DNA of 64,000 nucleotides from an uncultured Chloroflexia bacterium (GTDB taxonomy: Bacteria > Chloroflexota > Limnocylindria > Limnocylindrales > CSP1-4), in contig CAVQJC010000015.1 of assembly GCA_963712745.1 (NCBI GenBank), forward strand, positions 64,001 through 128,000, written 5' to 3'. Under the pieces are notes generated by a model that saw nothing but the letters and a program-made list of their open reading frames with translations, did no database searches and was not told the origin of the DNA. Numbering within the stretch: the stretch's first letter is position 1; the number at the start of each line of letters is the position of its first letter. A program made the translations under genes and the position numbers. Shown here in pieces: positions 46,003-54,472 of the stretch.

Positions 46003-46509
46003 ATGACCGCGACCAGCGCGACCACCGGTCGGCCAGGCCAGAGCGCAGCCCCTCGCGACCATCGCATGATCGATCCGCGTGGGCATCGCTTCGGTGCCGC
46101 CCTCTCGGTCGTCATCCTGAGCGCCGGCTTTCTCCTGGGCGCTCCCATCACGGTCGCCTTCCTGGCGGTGGCGCTCGGCATCAGCGCGTTCTTCGGGACG
46201 AGGTACTCCATCCTCGGCCGACCCTGGCCCGTCTTCCGCAAGGTCCTCCGTATCGCCCCGCCGAGGGAGTTGGAGCACGAACTCCCGCCGCGCTTCGCAC
46301 AGGCCCTCGGCTTCATCGGCTTCTCCGCCGCGACAGTCCTCTTCCTCCTTGGTCTGCCGGCAGTGGGCTGGGTCGTAGCAGCCGCGGTCGGGGCACTGCA
46401 AGCCGTCCTCGCGGCGAGCGGGTATTGCCTCGGCTGCCGGCTCTACTTCCTCAAGTGGTGGGTCCCGGCCCAGTTCCAGAAGCTGACCAGGCGCACGACG
46501 CTCGCGTAG
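46003..46509 (+). CDS. DUF4395 family membrane protein
   Basis: IDPRG.RF.A, E...PPRFAQ..G, GYCLGC.LY; GAGGAG RBS. Confidence 0.85.
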   Translation: MTATSATTGRPGQSAAPRDHRMIDPRGHRFGAALSVVILSAGFLLGAPITVAFLAVALGISAFFGTRYSILGRPWPVFRKVLRIAPPRELEHELPPRFAQALGFIGFSAATVLFLLGLPAVGWVVAAAVGALQAVLAASGYCLGCRLYFLKWWVPAQFQKLTRRTTLA

Positions 46510-46753
46510 ACCATAGGCATCGGCCTCGGGCGGCCGATCTGCGTTCGAAGACGGGGTCCGACGTTTCTCCCCCTGACGCCGGACCCCGTCACCCCGTAAC
46601 CCCGTTGGTCCAGGCAGCTTCCTGAGCGTGACCTCGACCACGTCCTCCGGTCCCCCGGCTATCGGAAGCTCTGGTCGGGCGGGACCATCGGGCGCTTGCG
46701 CCGGGACCTCTGTGCGGGCACGCTAGACGCTCCACCGCCAGCGAGGTGCCTGC

Positions 46754-47254
46754 ATGCCTGAACTCCGAGGACCGACTTCCAAGATCGAGCTCCGCGTGCT
46801 GCGGAGCCGTCGCACCGCCAGCGTGCGCGAGGAGGTCCCGCAGAGCCAACTGTCCCAAGCCATCGGACGCATGCTTCACACCGTCAACGAGGCACTCCAG
46901 AGGCAGGGCGTGGTGCCAGAGGGCGGCCCCTTCGCTCGCTACCACTCTCTCGGCGACACCGTGGATATCGAGGCGGGCGTGCGGGTGGCCGCCCCTATCG
47001 CACCCGACGGCGTGGTCAAGCCCAGCGAGCTACCCGGCGGCCCGGCCGCCATCGCGGTCCACGCTGGTCCCTACGAGACGCTCGGCGCCACGTACGACGC
47101 GATGCGGCGATGGCTCGAGGCGAGCACCAGCCACACTGCCAACGGCGGGCCCTGGGAGCTCTACATCACCGACCCATCGGCCGAACCCGACCCCGGCAAG
47201 TGGCTCACCGAGATCATCTTTCCGCTGAAGGCCCTCGACGCCACGGCCATCTAG
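46754..47254 (+). CDS. GyrI-like small-molecule-binding protein
   Basis: GPFARYH, ELPGG..A...HAGPYETL..TY, PWELYITDP, W.TEI.FP. Confidence 0.85.
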   Translation: MPELRGPTSKIELRVLRSRRTASVREEVPQSQLSQAIGRMLHTVNEALQRQGVVPEGGPFARYHSLGDTVDIEAGVRVAAPIAPDGVVKPSELPGGPAAIAVHAGPYETLGATYDAMRRWLEASTSHTANGGPWELYITDPSAEPDPGKWLTEIIFPLKALDATAI

Positions 47255-47283
47255 AGGCATCCCCCAAGACCTCCGAAGCCGGC

Positions 47284-47311
47284 GGAACCGCTCGGCCCCA
47301 AGCGACGTCTA
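47284..47311 (+). promoter_or_regulatory. ECF-sigma-type promoter
   Basis: GGAACC-N16-CGTCTA upstream of the SIMPL gene. Confidence 0.55.
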
Positions 47312-47387
47312 CGTTCTGCGGGGCGGCGACGTCCACCGTCGCCCGGTCCCGCCCTAGCGATCAACGACACCCGGAGGAACGATCACG

Positions 47388-48149
47388 GTGAACTACTCCC
47401 TCTCCCTCTCGCACCCCAAGCTGCGCTGGCTCTCGGGCGGACTCGCCGTCGGCCTGCTCGCCGCCGCCTTGATGGCCCCGGCGGTCGCCACGGCCCAGAC
47501 TCCGACCGACTCCGACGACACAGTGCGCACGATCAGCGTCAACGGCACCGGCCGCGTGAAGGCCGAACCCGACGTCGCAGACATCAGCCTCGGCGTGACC
47601 ACGCAGGGCATGGAGGCGGCTGAGGCTGCGGGCAAGGCGGCCGAGGCCATGGACTCGATGATCAAGGCCCTGCTCGAGATGGGCATCGCCGAGGCCGACA
47701 TCCAGACCACGAACCTCAGCCTGAACCCGCGCTACGACTGGACCAAGGAGCCGGCGCCGATCGTGGGCTGGGAAGCCAACAACATGGTCAGCGTGACCAT
47801 CCGCGACATCGACTCGGTGGGAGCTGTGGTCGACACCGCGACCGACAACGGCGCCACCAACGTGAACGGCATCAGCTTCCGGGTCGAGGACCCGACCGGG
47901 GCCCAGTCTACGGCCCGCAGCGCCGCTGTCGCCGACGCGGAGGCCAAGGCCACCCAGCTGGCGGCCGACGCCGGCGTCGCCATCATCGGTGTCGTCAGCA
48001 TCAGCGAGTCGGGCGGCCAGGGGCCGCAGCCGATCTACCTGGCCCGGGAGGAGATGGCCTTCGCTGCCGACGCGGCCGCCTCCACGCCGGTGCTGCCGGG
48101 CGAGGTCGAGCTCTCGGTCAACGTCTTCATCCAGTACGAGATCGAATAG
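47388..48149 (+). CDS. SIMPL (DUF541) domain secreted protein
   Basis: ISVNGTG.V...PD.A.I.LGV, DIQT, A..GA..VNGI.F, A..DA..KA..LA, PGE.E. Confidence 0.9.
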   Translation: MNYSLSLSHPKLRWLSGGLAVGLLAAALMAPAVATAQTPTDSDDTVRTISVNGTGRVKAEPDVADISLGVTTQGMEAAEAAGKAAEAMDSMIKALLEMGIAEADIQTTNLSLNPRYDWTKEPAPIVGWEANNMVSVTIRDIDSVGAVVDTATDNGATNVNGISFRVEDPTGAQSTARSAAVADAEAKATQLAADAGVAIIGVVSISESGGQGPQPIYLAREEMAFAADAAASTPVLPGEVELSVNVFIQYEIE

Positions 48150-48198
48150 GCGACCCTGCACAGGGCGACGCCTGCCTGTCGCCGACACCGCCACCCAC

Positions 48199-48224
48199 GA
48201 GGGCCGGGCACGATCCCGGCCCTC
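48199..48224 (+). terminator. GC-rich hairpin after SIMPL gene
   Basis: GAGGGCCGGG-CACGAT-CCCGGCCCTC followed by pyrimidines. Confidence 0.45.
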
Positions 48225-48241
48225 TCCTCTACCCTGCACCA

Positions 48242-49249
48242 ATGCGAGTCGCCGTCTTCTCGGCCAAGCCCTACGACCGGCAGTACCTCGCTGCCGCGGC
48301 CCAAGGCTCGGGCCATCAGCTCGACTTCTTCGAGGCCAAGCTCAACTGTGACCACGTGCCGCTCGCGGCCGGCTATGACGCGGTCTGCGCCTTCGTCCAC
48401 GATGAGTTGGACGGCGAGGTGCTGCGCGCCCTGGCCGAGGGCGGGACGCGTTTCGTGGCCCTCCGTGCGGCCGGGTTCAACAATGTCGATCTCGAGGTCG
48501 CACAGGAGGTCGGCATCCGAATCGGGCGCGTGCCGGCCTATTCGCCCTACGCGGTGGCCGAGCATTCGGTCGCTCTCATCCTCAGCCTCGTGCGACGGAC
48601 GAACCGGGCCTACAACCGGGTTCGCGATGGCAACTTCGCGCTCGATGGGCTGCTCGGCTACGACCTGCACGGCCGCTGCGTGGGGGTGGTCGGGACCGGC
48701 CGCATCGGGACCGTGTTCGCCACCATCATGTCGGGCTTTGGCTGCCGGCTGATTGCCTACGATCCGTATCCCAACGAGACCGTGCGCGACCTGGGCGCGA
48801 GGTACGTGGACCTGCCGGAGCTCTTCGCCGAGGCGGACATCATCGCCCTCCACGCCCCGCTCACGCCGGAGACGCACCACCTCGTGAACCGCCAGTCCCT
48901 GGCGCTGGTGAAGCCGGGCGTGATGATCGTCAACACCAGCCGCGGCGGACTCATCGACACTGAGGCAGCCATCGAGGCGCTCAAGGACGGGCGGCTCGGC
49001 TATCTCGGCCTGGACGTCTACGAGGAAGAGGACGCCATCGGCTTCTTCGAGGACCAGAGCGCTTCGATCATCCAGGACGACACCTTCGCCCGGCTGCTGA
49101 CGTTCCCCAACGTGCTCATCACCGCCCACCAGGGCTTCTTCACGGCCGACGCACTCGCGAACATCGCCGACACGACCATCGCCAATCTCACTGCCTTCGA
49201 GCAGGATGGGGCGCCGCTGCACGAGGTCTCGGCCGACTCGACAGGGTAG
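48242..49249 (+). CDS. ldhA: D-lactate dehydrogenase / D-2-hydroxyacid dehydrogenase
   Basis: LRAAGFNNVD, RVPAYSPYAVAEH, GTGRIG, NTSRG, LDVYEEE, PNVLITAHQ.F. Confidence 0.9.
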   Translation: MRVAVFSAKPYDRQYLAAAAQGSGHQLDFFEAKLNCDHVPLAAGYDAVCAFVHDELDGEVLRALAEGGTRFVALRAAGFNNVDLEVAQEVGIRIGRVPAYSPYAVAEHSVALILSLVRRTNRAYNRVRDGNFALDGLLGYDLHGRCVGVVGTGRIGTVFATIMSGFGCRLIAYDPYPNETVRDLGARYVDLPELFAEADIIALHAPLTPETHHLVNRQSLALVKPGVMIVNTSRGGLIDTEAAIEALKDGRLGYLGLDVYEEEDAIGFFEDQSASIIQDDTFARLLTFPNVLITAHQGFFTADALANIADTTIANLTAFEQDGAPLHEVSADSTG

Positions 49250-49269
49250 CGGGGCGACGGGGCGCGGCT

Positions 49270-49416
49270 GCTCACCCCACGAGCGATCCCGACCACCCGA
49301 GGACCCCACACGCAGGTCTTGCTCGCGCCGCGAGAAGGACCGCCAATACTGCTCACCCCATGAGCGGAACCTGCGGATCCCGACCCCGGGGCGTCGCGTT
49401 CGCTCACCTCATGAGC
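49270..49416. repeat. Three dispersed 15-bp hairpin-like repeats GCTCACC[CT]CA[CT]GAGC
   Basis: Copies at 49270, 49351, 49402; also GATCCCGACC at 49285 and 49376. Confidence 0.75.
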
Positions 49417-49561
49417 AGCGACGCGCTCAGGCTGCCGTGGTGGGGTCAGGCTGCCGTGGCGGGGTCAGGCTGCCGTGGTGGGGTCAGGCTGCCGTGGTGG
49501 GGTCAGGCTGCCGTGGCGGGGTCAGGCTGCCGTGGCGGGGTCAAGCTGAGCAGCGACGCGC
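49412..49561. repeat. VNTR: 6 x 19-bp unit TCAGGCTGCCGTGG[TC]GGGG flanked by 15-bp direct repeats
   Basis: Units start at 49427, 49446, 49465, 49484, 49503, 49522; TGAGCAGCGACGCGC at 49412-26 and 49547-61. Confidence 0.95.
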
Positions 49562-49704
49562 GCTGCTGCGCAGGTCGCCCGGCAGTCGAGCTCGTCGTGG
49601 TGCAGCAGCCTGGGCCAGCTGACCTTGGCTTCAGCCACGCGGGCTCACGAGCGGCTGACAGGAATCGTCAAGACACTCGGTCCCGCGCCCGCCATGCTGT
49701 GGCC

Positions 49705-50577
49705 ATGGACGCCGATCTGCTGCCCGTCCTGGTGCACATCCAGGCGGGCCTCGGTTCGGACCTCAGTACTGCCGCCATCGCGCGGCGGGCGGGCATGTCC
49801 GAGTCGACCCTCCACCGTCGCATCGTGGACGCCACCGGTGAGACACCCCGGCGCCATGTCGAGCGGCTACGCCTCGAGCGGGCCGCCTCCCAGCTGATGC
49901 TGCGGCAGAGCACCATCCTCGAGGTCGCGCTCGACAACGGATACGCCTCCCACGAGGTCTTCGGCCGCGCTTTCGGCCGCCACTTCGGCGTGTCCCCCAG
50001 CGAGTGGCGTGAGCGGCAGGTGGCGGGCGGGCTCGGCGAGAACGCCCGCAAGCCCGGCCTGTCGGAGGCCATCGAGGGCGCTGCGATCTCAACCACGCGG
50101 GTGACCGAGCTGCGGCCCATCCGAGTGGCATTCCTGCGACACACGGGGCCCTACGACGAGGTCGACGGTGGCTTGTGGGGGCGCACCCGTGACCGACTCG
50201 CGGAGCTCGGCCTCTCTACCGATGGCTTGCCCCTGGGCATCGCCCAGGATCCACCACACATCACGCCACCGGAGCACCTGCGCTTCGATGCCGGCTGGAC
50301 CATCGACGAGGACCTGCCGCCCGAGTGCGGCCTGGGCCAGCAGACGGTCGGCGGCGGCACCTACGCCTTCACCACCTACGTCGGCCCCTTCGGTCGGATC
50401 GGCCATGCGTACGAGCTCATCGGCGAGCGTCTCATGGCCCATCCCGAGATGATCGTCTTCGGCGCGTCGGTCGAGTGGTATCGGACCGGCTCCATCGACG
50501 AGGAGACCTACCTCAACCAGGTCGACATCTCCTTCCCGGTCAAGGCACGTGCAGGCAGCCCACGGGTGTTCGAGTGA
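49705..50577 (+). CDS. AraC family regulator with C-terminal GyrI-like effector domain
   Basis: IARRAGMSE.TLHR, GETP, RLERAA, VALDNGY.SHE.F.RAF..HFG.SP; H.GPY, DPP.IT.P..LRFD. Confidence 0.9.
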   Translation: MDADLLPVLVHIQAGLGSDLSTAAIARRAGMSESTLHRRIVDATGETPRRHVERLRLERAASQLMLRQSTILEVALDNGYASHEVFGRAFGRHFGVSPSEWRERQVAGGLGENARKPGLSEAIEGAAISTTRVTELRPIRVAFLRHTGPYDEVDGGLWGRTRDRLAELGLSTDGLPLGIAQDPPHITPPEHLRFDAGWTIDEDLPPECGLGQQTVGGGTYAFTTYVGPFGRIGHAYELIGERLMAHPEMIVFGASVEWYRTGSIDEETYLNQVDISFPVKARAGSPRVFE

Positions 50578-50632
50578 GCCCGTGGTCGCCTCGAACCAAG
50601 CATCCACTCGCATCGTCCTGAAAGGGGGATCC

Positions 50633-51094
50633 ATGTCCGAGTTCGAGTTCCGTGCCGTTCCCCGGCAAGACACCGCGGTGGTCAAGGTCACGACCTCCAC
50701 CGAGAAGATCGGCGAGACCATGGGCTTGGCCTTCGGCACGGTCTTCGCGGCCGTGAGCAAGGCCGGTGCCACACCCGTGGGCCCGGCCATCTGCAAGTAC
50801 ACCGCGTTCAGCGCCGACAGCGTCACCTACGAGGCCGGCGTGCCCGTGGCAGCCCCGTTCGCCGGCGACGGCGAGGTCGTGGCTGGCGAGATCGGCGGGT
50901 GCACCGCGGCTGTGGGCCTGCATGTCGGCCCATACGACAAGCTCGTCGAGACATACGGCCAGATGCAGGCGTGGCTGGAGGGCCAGGGCAAGAAGCCGTC
51001 CGCGATCATGTGGGAGTCCTACCTCGACGACCCGGACGCCACCCCGTCCGAGCAGCTGCGGACCGAGATCTACTGGCCAGCCGAGGAGGAGTGA
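50633..51094 (+). CDS. GyrI-like domain protein
   Basis: HVGPYDKL..TY, WESYLDDP, LRTEIYWP. Confidence 0.85.
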   Translation: MSEFEFRAVPRQDTAVVKVTTSTEKIGETMGLAFGTVFAAVSKAGATPVGPAICKYTAFSADSVTYEAGVPVAAPFAGDGEVVAGEIGGCTAAVGLHVGPYDKLVETYGQMQAWLEGQGKKPSAIMWESYLDDPDATPSEQLRTEIYWPAEEE

Positions 51095-51558
51095 TGTCCG
51101 AGTTCGAGATCCGCCAGACCAGCGAACAGCCCACGGCGGCCATCAGGATGACGCGGCCGAGGTCGCAGATCGGTCCGGCCATGGGCGAGGCCTTCCCCAA
51201 GATCTACCACGCGGTCGTGTCATCCGGCGTCGAGCCCGCGGGCGAGCCGCTCGCTCGCTACTTCGACATGGATGACGACGCCCCCACCTTCGAGTGCGCC
51301 ATCCCGGTTTCCGGTCCGTTCACCACTTCAGGCGAGGTCCAGCCGAGCTCGGTCGGCGGTGGCGAGGCTGCATTCGCCGTCCATGTCGGTCCGTACGACA
51401 CGATCAGCCAGACCTGGGAGGCGCTCATGGCCTGGGTCACCGAGCAGGGCAGGACGCCGGCCGGTCCCTTCTGGGAGCGCTACATCGATGACCCCGAGGA
51501 GGTCGACGCCTCCGCGCTGCACACCGAGCTCTACATCCCGGTGAGCGAGGGCGCCTAG
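51094..51558 (+). CDS. GyrI-like domain protein (tandem paralogue)
   Basis: TGATG coupling; MSEFE start shared with the previous gene; HVGPYDTI, WERYIDDP, LHTELYIP. Confidence 0.85.
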   Translation: MSEFEIRQTSEQPTAAIRMTRPRSQIGPAMGEAFPKIYHAVVSSGVEPAGEPLARYFDMDDDAPTFECAIPVSGPFTTSGEVQPSSVGGGEAAFAVHVGPYDTISQTWEALMAWVTEQGRTPAGPFWERYIDDPEEVDASALHTELYIPVSEGA

Positions 51559-53334
51559 CTACCCGGTCGCCAGCTCTGCAGCCGCCTCGTCGGGCAGGAG
51601 GAACCAGCGTAGACCCTCGAAGTCGCCGCCGACCACCAGGTCGGTGGCGGCTTGGGGTGTCTCGGCGGGAGCCGGTGGATCGGCAAACAGGCCCCGCGCC
51701 TCGTCCAGGTAGGCTGCGAGGGCACTTTCAGGCTGGTGGCGGCGGTGCTGCTGGTAGGCCATGCCGTCGGCGATGTAGCGGATGTCCCGCAACGACAGCG
51801 GGGCCTCCGCCTGGCGTCCGACGTGGTGCCACAGACCGGTAGCTGGGTCATGGCGGTAGTGCGGCAGGAGGCGCCAGCCTTCGCGCGCGGTGAGCTCGAC
51901 CGCGTCGAGGATGTAGTGGAAGACGGTCTCGCCGATGAAGTAGTTGAAGTTCACCCGGACCCAGCCGGGCTTGATGCCCTCGCAGCCGCGGCCGATCTCG
52001 CGCTCGAACTCGTGGCTGGTCTCGATGTCGATGCCCAGCAGCCGGTGCCCGTACGGCCCGGCACACGAGCAGCCGCCGCGCGACTGGATGCCGAAGAGGT
52101 CGTTGAGCAGCGCGACCACGTAGTTGTGGTGCAGGTAGCGCGTCCCATGGCGGACCGTGAAACTGACGATCGACAGCCGCGGCTGGTCCAGCCGGCCGAG
52201 CACCTCGAGGCCGGGTGCAGCACTCCAGCGCTCCAGGGCGCGATCGATGTAGTCCTCTTCCTTGACGCGGATGGCCTCGGCGCCCACAGCGTCCTTGAGC
52301 CCGAAGACGAGCCCGGCGCGGATGGACTCGATGATGGCGGGAGTGCCGCCTTCCTCGCGATGCTCAGGGTCGTCGAGATAGCGGTGATCGTCGGTGTTGA
52401 CGTAGGCCACGGTGCCGCCGCCGGGCACCACCGGCACCGAGTTGGTCAGCAGTGCCCTGCGCACGATCAGCAGGCCGGGCGTGCCGGGTCCGCCGATGAA
52501 CTTGTGCGGTGAGATGAACATCGCGTCCTTGTAGTCGAGACCGGCGTCGGCGCTGTCGCCGTCCTCGTTCGGCCGACGTGGTGCCACGTCGAGGTCCACG
52601 TACGGCGCCGCCGCCCCGTAGTCCCACAAGGCCAGCGCGCCGCGACGATGGAGCAGCACCGAGATGCCACGCGTGTCGCTCTTGATGCCGGTGACGTTCG
52701 ATGCCGCCGAGAACGAACCGATGAGCAGCGGCCGACCGGCGTGTCGCTCGAGCTCCTCGGTCAGCTGGGACTGGTCGATATGGCCGTCGCGGTCCTCGCG
52801 GATGGTGACGACGTCGGCGATCGACTCGCGCCACGGCAGCTCGTTGGAGTGGTGTTCGTAGGGGCCGATGAAGACGACCGGCCGCTCGTCGGCGGGAATG
52901 TGTGCTGACAGACCGTAGCGGGCATCCAGGTCGGCGGGGATGCGCAGGTTGAGGACGCCGATGAGCTTGTCCACCGCAGCCGTGGAGCCGGACCCGCAGA
53001 AGATGATCGCGTACTCGTCGCGGTCGGCCCGGCAGGCGTCGCGGATGATGTCGCGCGCGTCCTCGCGGAAGCGCGTCGTCTGCAGGCCGGTGCCGCTGGA
53101 CTCGGTATGGGTGTTGGCGTACAGCGGCATGACCTGCTCGCGGATGTAGTCCTCGATGAAGGCCAGGCTGCGGCCCGAGGCGGTGTAGTCGGCGTAGGTC
53201 AGCCGGCGGATCCCGAAGGGGCCGCTGAAGGCCTCGTCGCCGCCGATGACGCCGGCCCGGATGAGCCCGAGCAGCTCCTCGGGCTCGGCATCGCGGCGTG
53301 GGCTTGCGGGCGGCAAGGTGCTGGGCTGCTGCAT
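51559..53334 (-). CDS. Class V PLP-dependent aminotransferase (cysteine desulfurase-like)
   Basis: YADYTASGR, YANTHTE, EHHSNELPWRE, AASNVTG, SPHKFIGGPG, RGGCSCAGPY. Confidence 0.9.
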   Translation of the reverse strand: MQQPSTLPPASPRRDAEPEELLGLIRAGVIGGDEAFSGPFGIRRLTYADYTASGRSLAFIEDYIREQVMPLYANTHTESSGTGLQTTRFREDARDIIRDACRADRDEYAIIFCGSGSTAAVDKLIGVLNLRIPADLDARYGLSAHIPADERPVVFIGPYEHHSNELPWRESIADVVTIREDRDGHIDQSQLTEELERHAGRPLLIGSFSAASNVTGIKSDTRGISVLLHRRGALALWDYGAAAPYVDLDVAPRRPNEDGDSADAGLDYKDAMFISPHKFIGGPGTPGLLIVRRALLTNSVPVVPGGGTVAYVNTDDHRYLDDPEHREEGGTPAIIESIRAGLVFGLKDAVGAEAIRVKEEDYIDRALERWSAAPGLEVLGRLDQPRLSIVSFTVRHGTRYLHHNYVVALLNDLFGIQSRGGCSCAGPYGHRLLGIDIETSHEFEREIGRGCEGIKPGWVRVNFNYFIGETVFHYILDAVELTAREGWRLLPHYRHDPATGLWHHVGRQAEAPLSLRDIRYIADGMAYQQHRRHQPESALAAYLDEARGLFADPPAPAETPQAATDLVVGGDFEGLRWFLLPDEAAAELATG

Positions 53335-53377
53335 GGCTGGCCCATGCTAGCGGTGCCCCGCCCTCGCCGCCCGCGAC

Positions 53378-53446
53378 CGGCTTCACCAGCTGGCTGAAGG
53401 CGTCGAGGTCCCCGTCTCGCGCTCGCACAACGAGCGCTCGTTGCAT
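53378..53446 (-). pseudogene. Possible 5' remnant of an ECF sigma factor gene
   Basis: MQRALVVRARDGDLDAFSQLVKP then loss of similarity; GGAACAC motif upstream. Confidence 0.45.
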
Positions 53447-53618
53447 CGATGTCACCGCTTCGGCGCGGGGACCCTCCCCGCGCTCACACACCCTGGGCGA
53501 TCGGGCCCCTGTGTTCCTATCCCACGAGCTTGATCTTGTCGGCGATGCGCCCGAACGTCGCGGCCAGCAGGCGCTAACCTGCCCCGCACGCCCACCTCGC
53601 TACGCCCACGGAGAGCGC

Positions 53619-54407
53619 ATGGACTTCCTGCTGGACCCACAGATCTGGATCGCGCTGCTGACGCTGACGGCGCTCGAGATCGTCCTCGGCATCGACAACA
53701 TCGTCTTCATCTCCATCCTCGCCAACAAGCTGCCCGTGGAGCAGCGCGACAACGCCCGGCGCGTGGGCATCGTGGCGGCCATGGGTATGCGCATCCTGCT
53801 GCTCCTGGGCATCAGCTGGGTGGTGACGCTGACCGAGCCGTTGTTCGAGCTGTTCGGCCATGAGTTCAGCGGCCGAGACCTCATCCTCATCGGCGGCGGC
53901 CTCTTCCTCCTGGCCAAGGCCACGTGGGAGATCCACGGCCGCATGGAGGGCGACGACCACGTCCGCGATGCCGGCAAGGTGACCTCCTTCTGGAGCGTCA
54001 TCGTGCAGATCATGCTGCTCGACATCATCTTCAGCCTGGACTCGGTCATCACCGCAGTGGGCATGGTCAACGAGGTCATGGTCATGATCGCCGCGGTCGT
54101 CATCTCGGTCATCGTGATGCTGGCGGCCTCCGGCTACATCACCAGGGTCATCGACCAGCACCCGACGCTGAAGATGCTGGCGCTGGCGTTCCTGCTGCTT
54201 ATCGGCTTCACGCTCGTGGCCGACGGCCTGGGCCAGCACATCGACAAGGGCTACGTCTACGCGGCCATGGGCTTCGCGGTCTTCGTCGAGATCCTCAACA
54301 TCCGCCGTTCATCGAACACGGCCAAGCCGTTGCAGATGCACGACCCGTACCACGAGCTGGGCGAGCCCAGGGCGGTGGCAGAGCAGGGCGAGACGCCTCC
54401 GTCCTGA
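53619..54407 (+). CDS. TerC family membrane protein
   Basis: LEIVLGIDNIVFISI, RDLILI.GGLFL, DIIFSLDSVITAVG, LAFLLLIG..L. Confidence 0.92.
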   Translation: MDFLLDPQIWIALLTLTALEIVLGIDNIVFISILANKLPVEQRDNARRVGIVAAMGMRILLLLGISWVVTLTEPLFELFGHEFSGRDLILIGGGLFLLAKATWEIHGRMEGDDHVRDAGKVTSFWSVIVQIMLLDIIFSLDSVITAVGMVNEVMVMIAAVVISVIVMLAASGYITRVIDQHPTLKMLALAFLLLIGFTLVADGLGQHIDKGYVYAAMGFAVFVEILNIRRSSNTAKPLQMHDPYHELGEPRAVAEQGETPPS

Positions 54408-54472
54408 TCCCGCTGGGACAACGCGGGCCTGATGTCCTGATCGCCGATGAAGGGCAGGTCGATCTGCGGGAT

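Noticed and set aside
49427-49540. CRISPR array
   Set aside because: Units are directly adjacent 19-mers with no unique spacers, and there are no cas genes in the window
53500-53618. yybP-ykoY Mn riboswitch upstream of TerC
   Set aside because: Expected from context, but no GGGGAGUAG-type conserved sequence is visible
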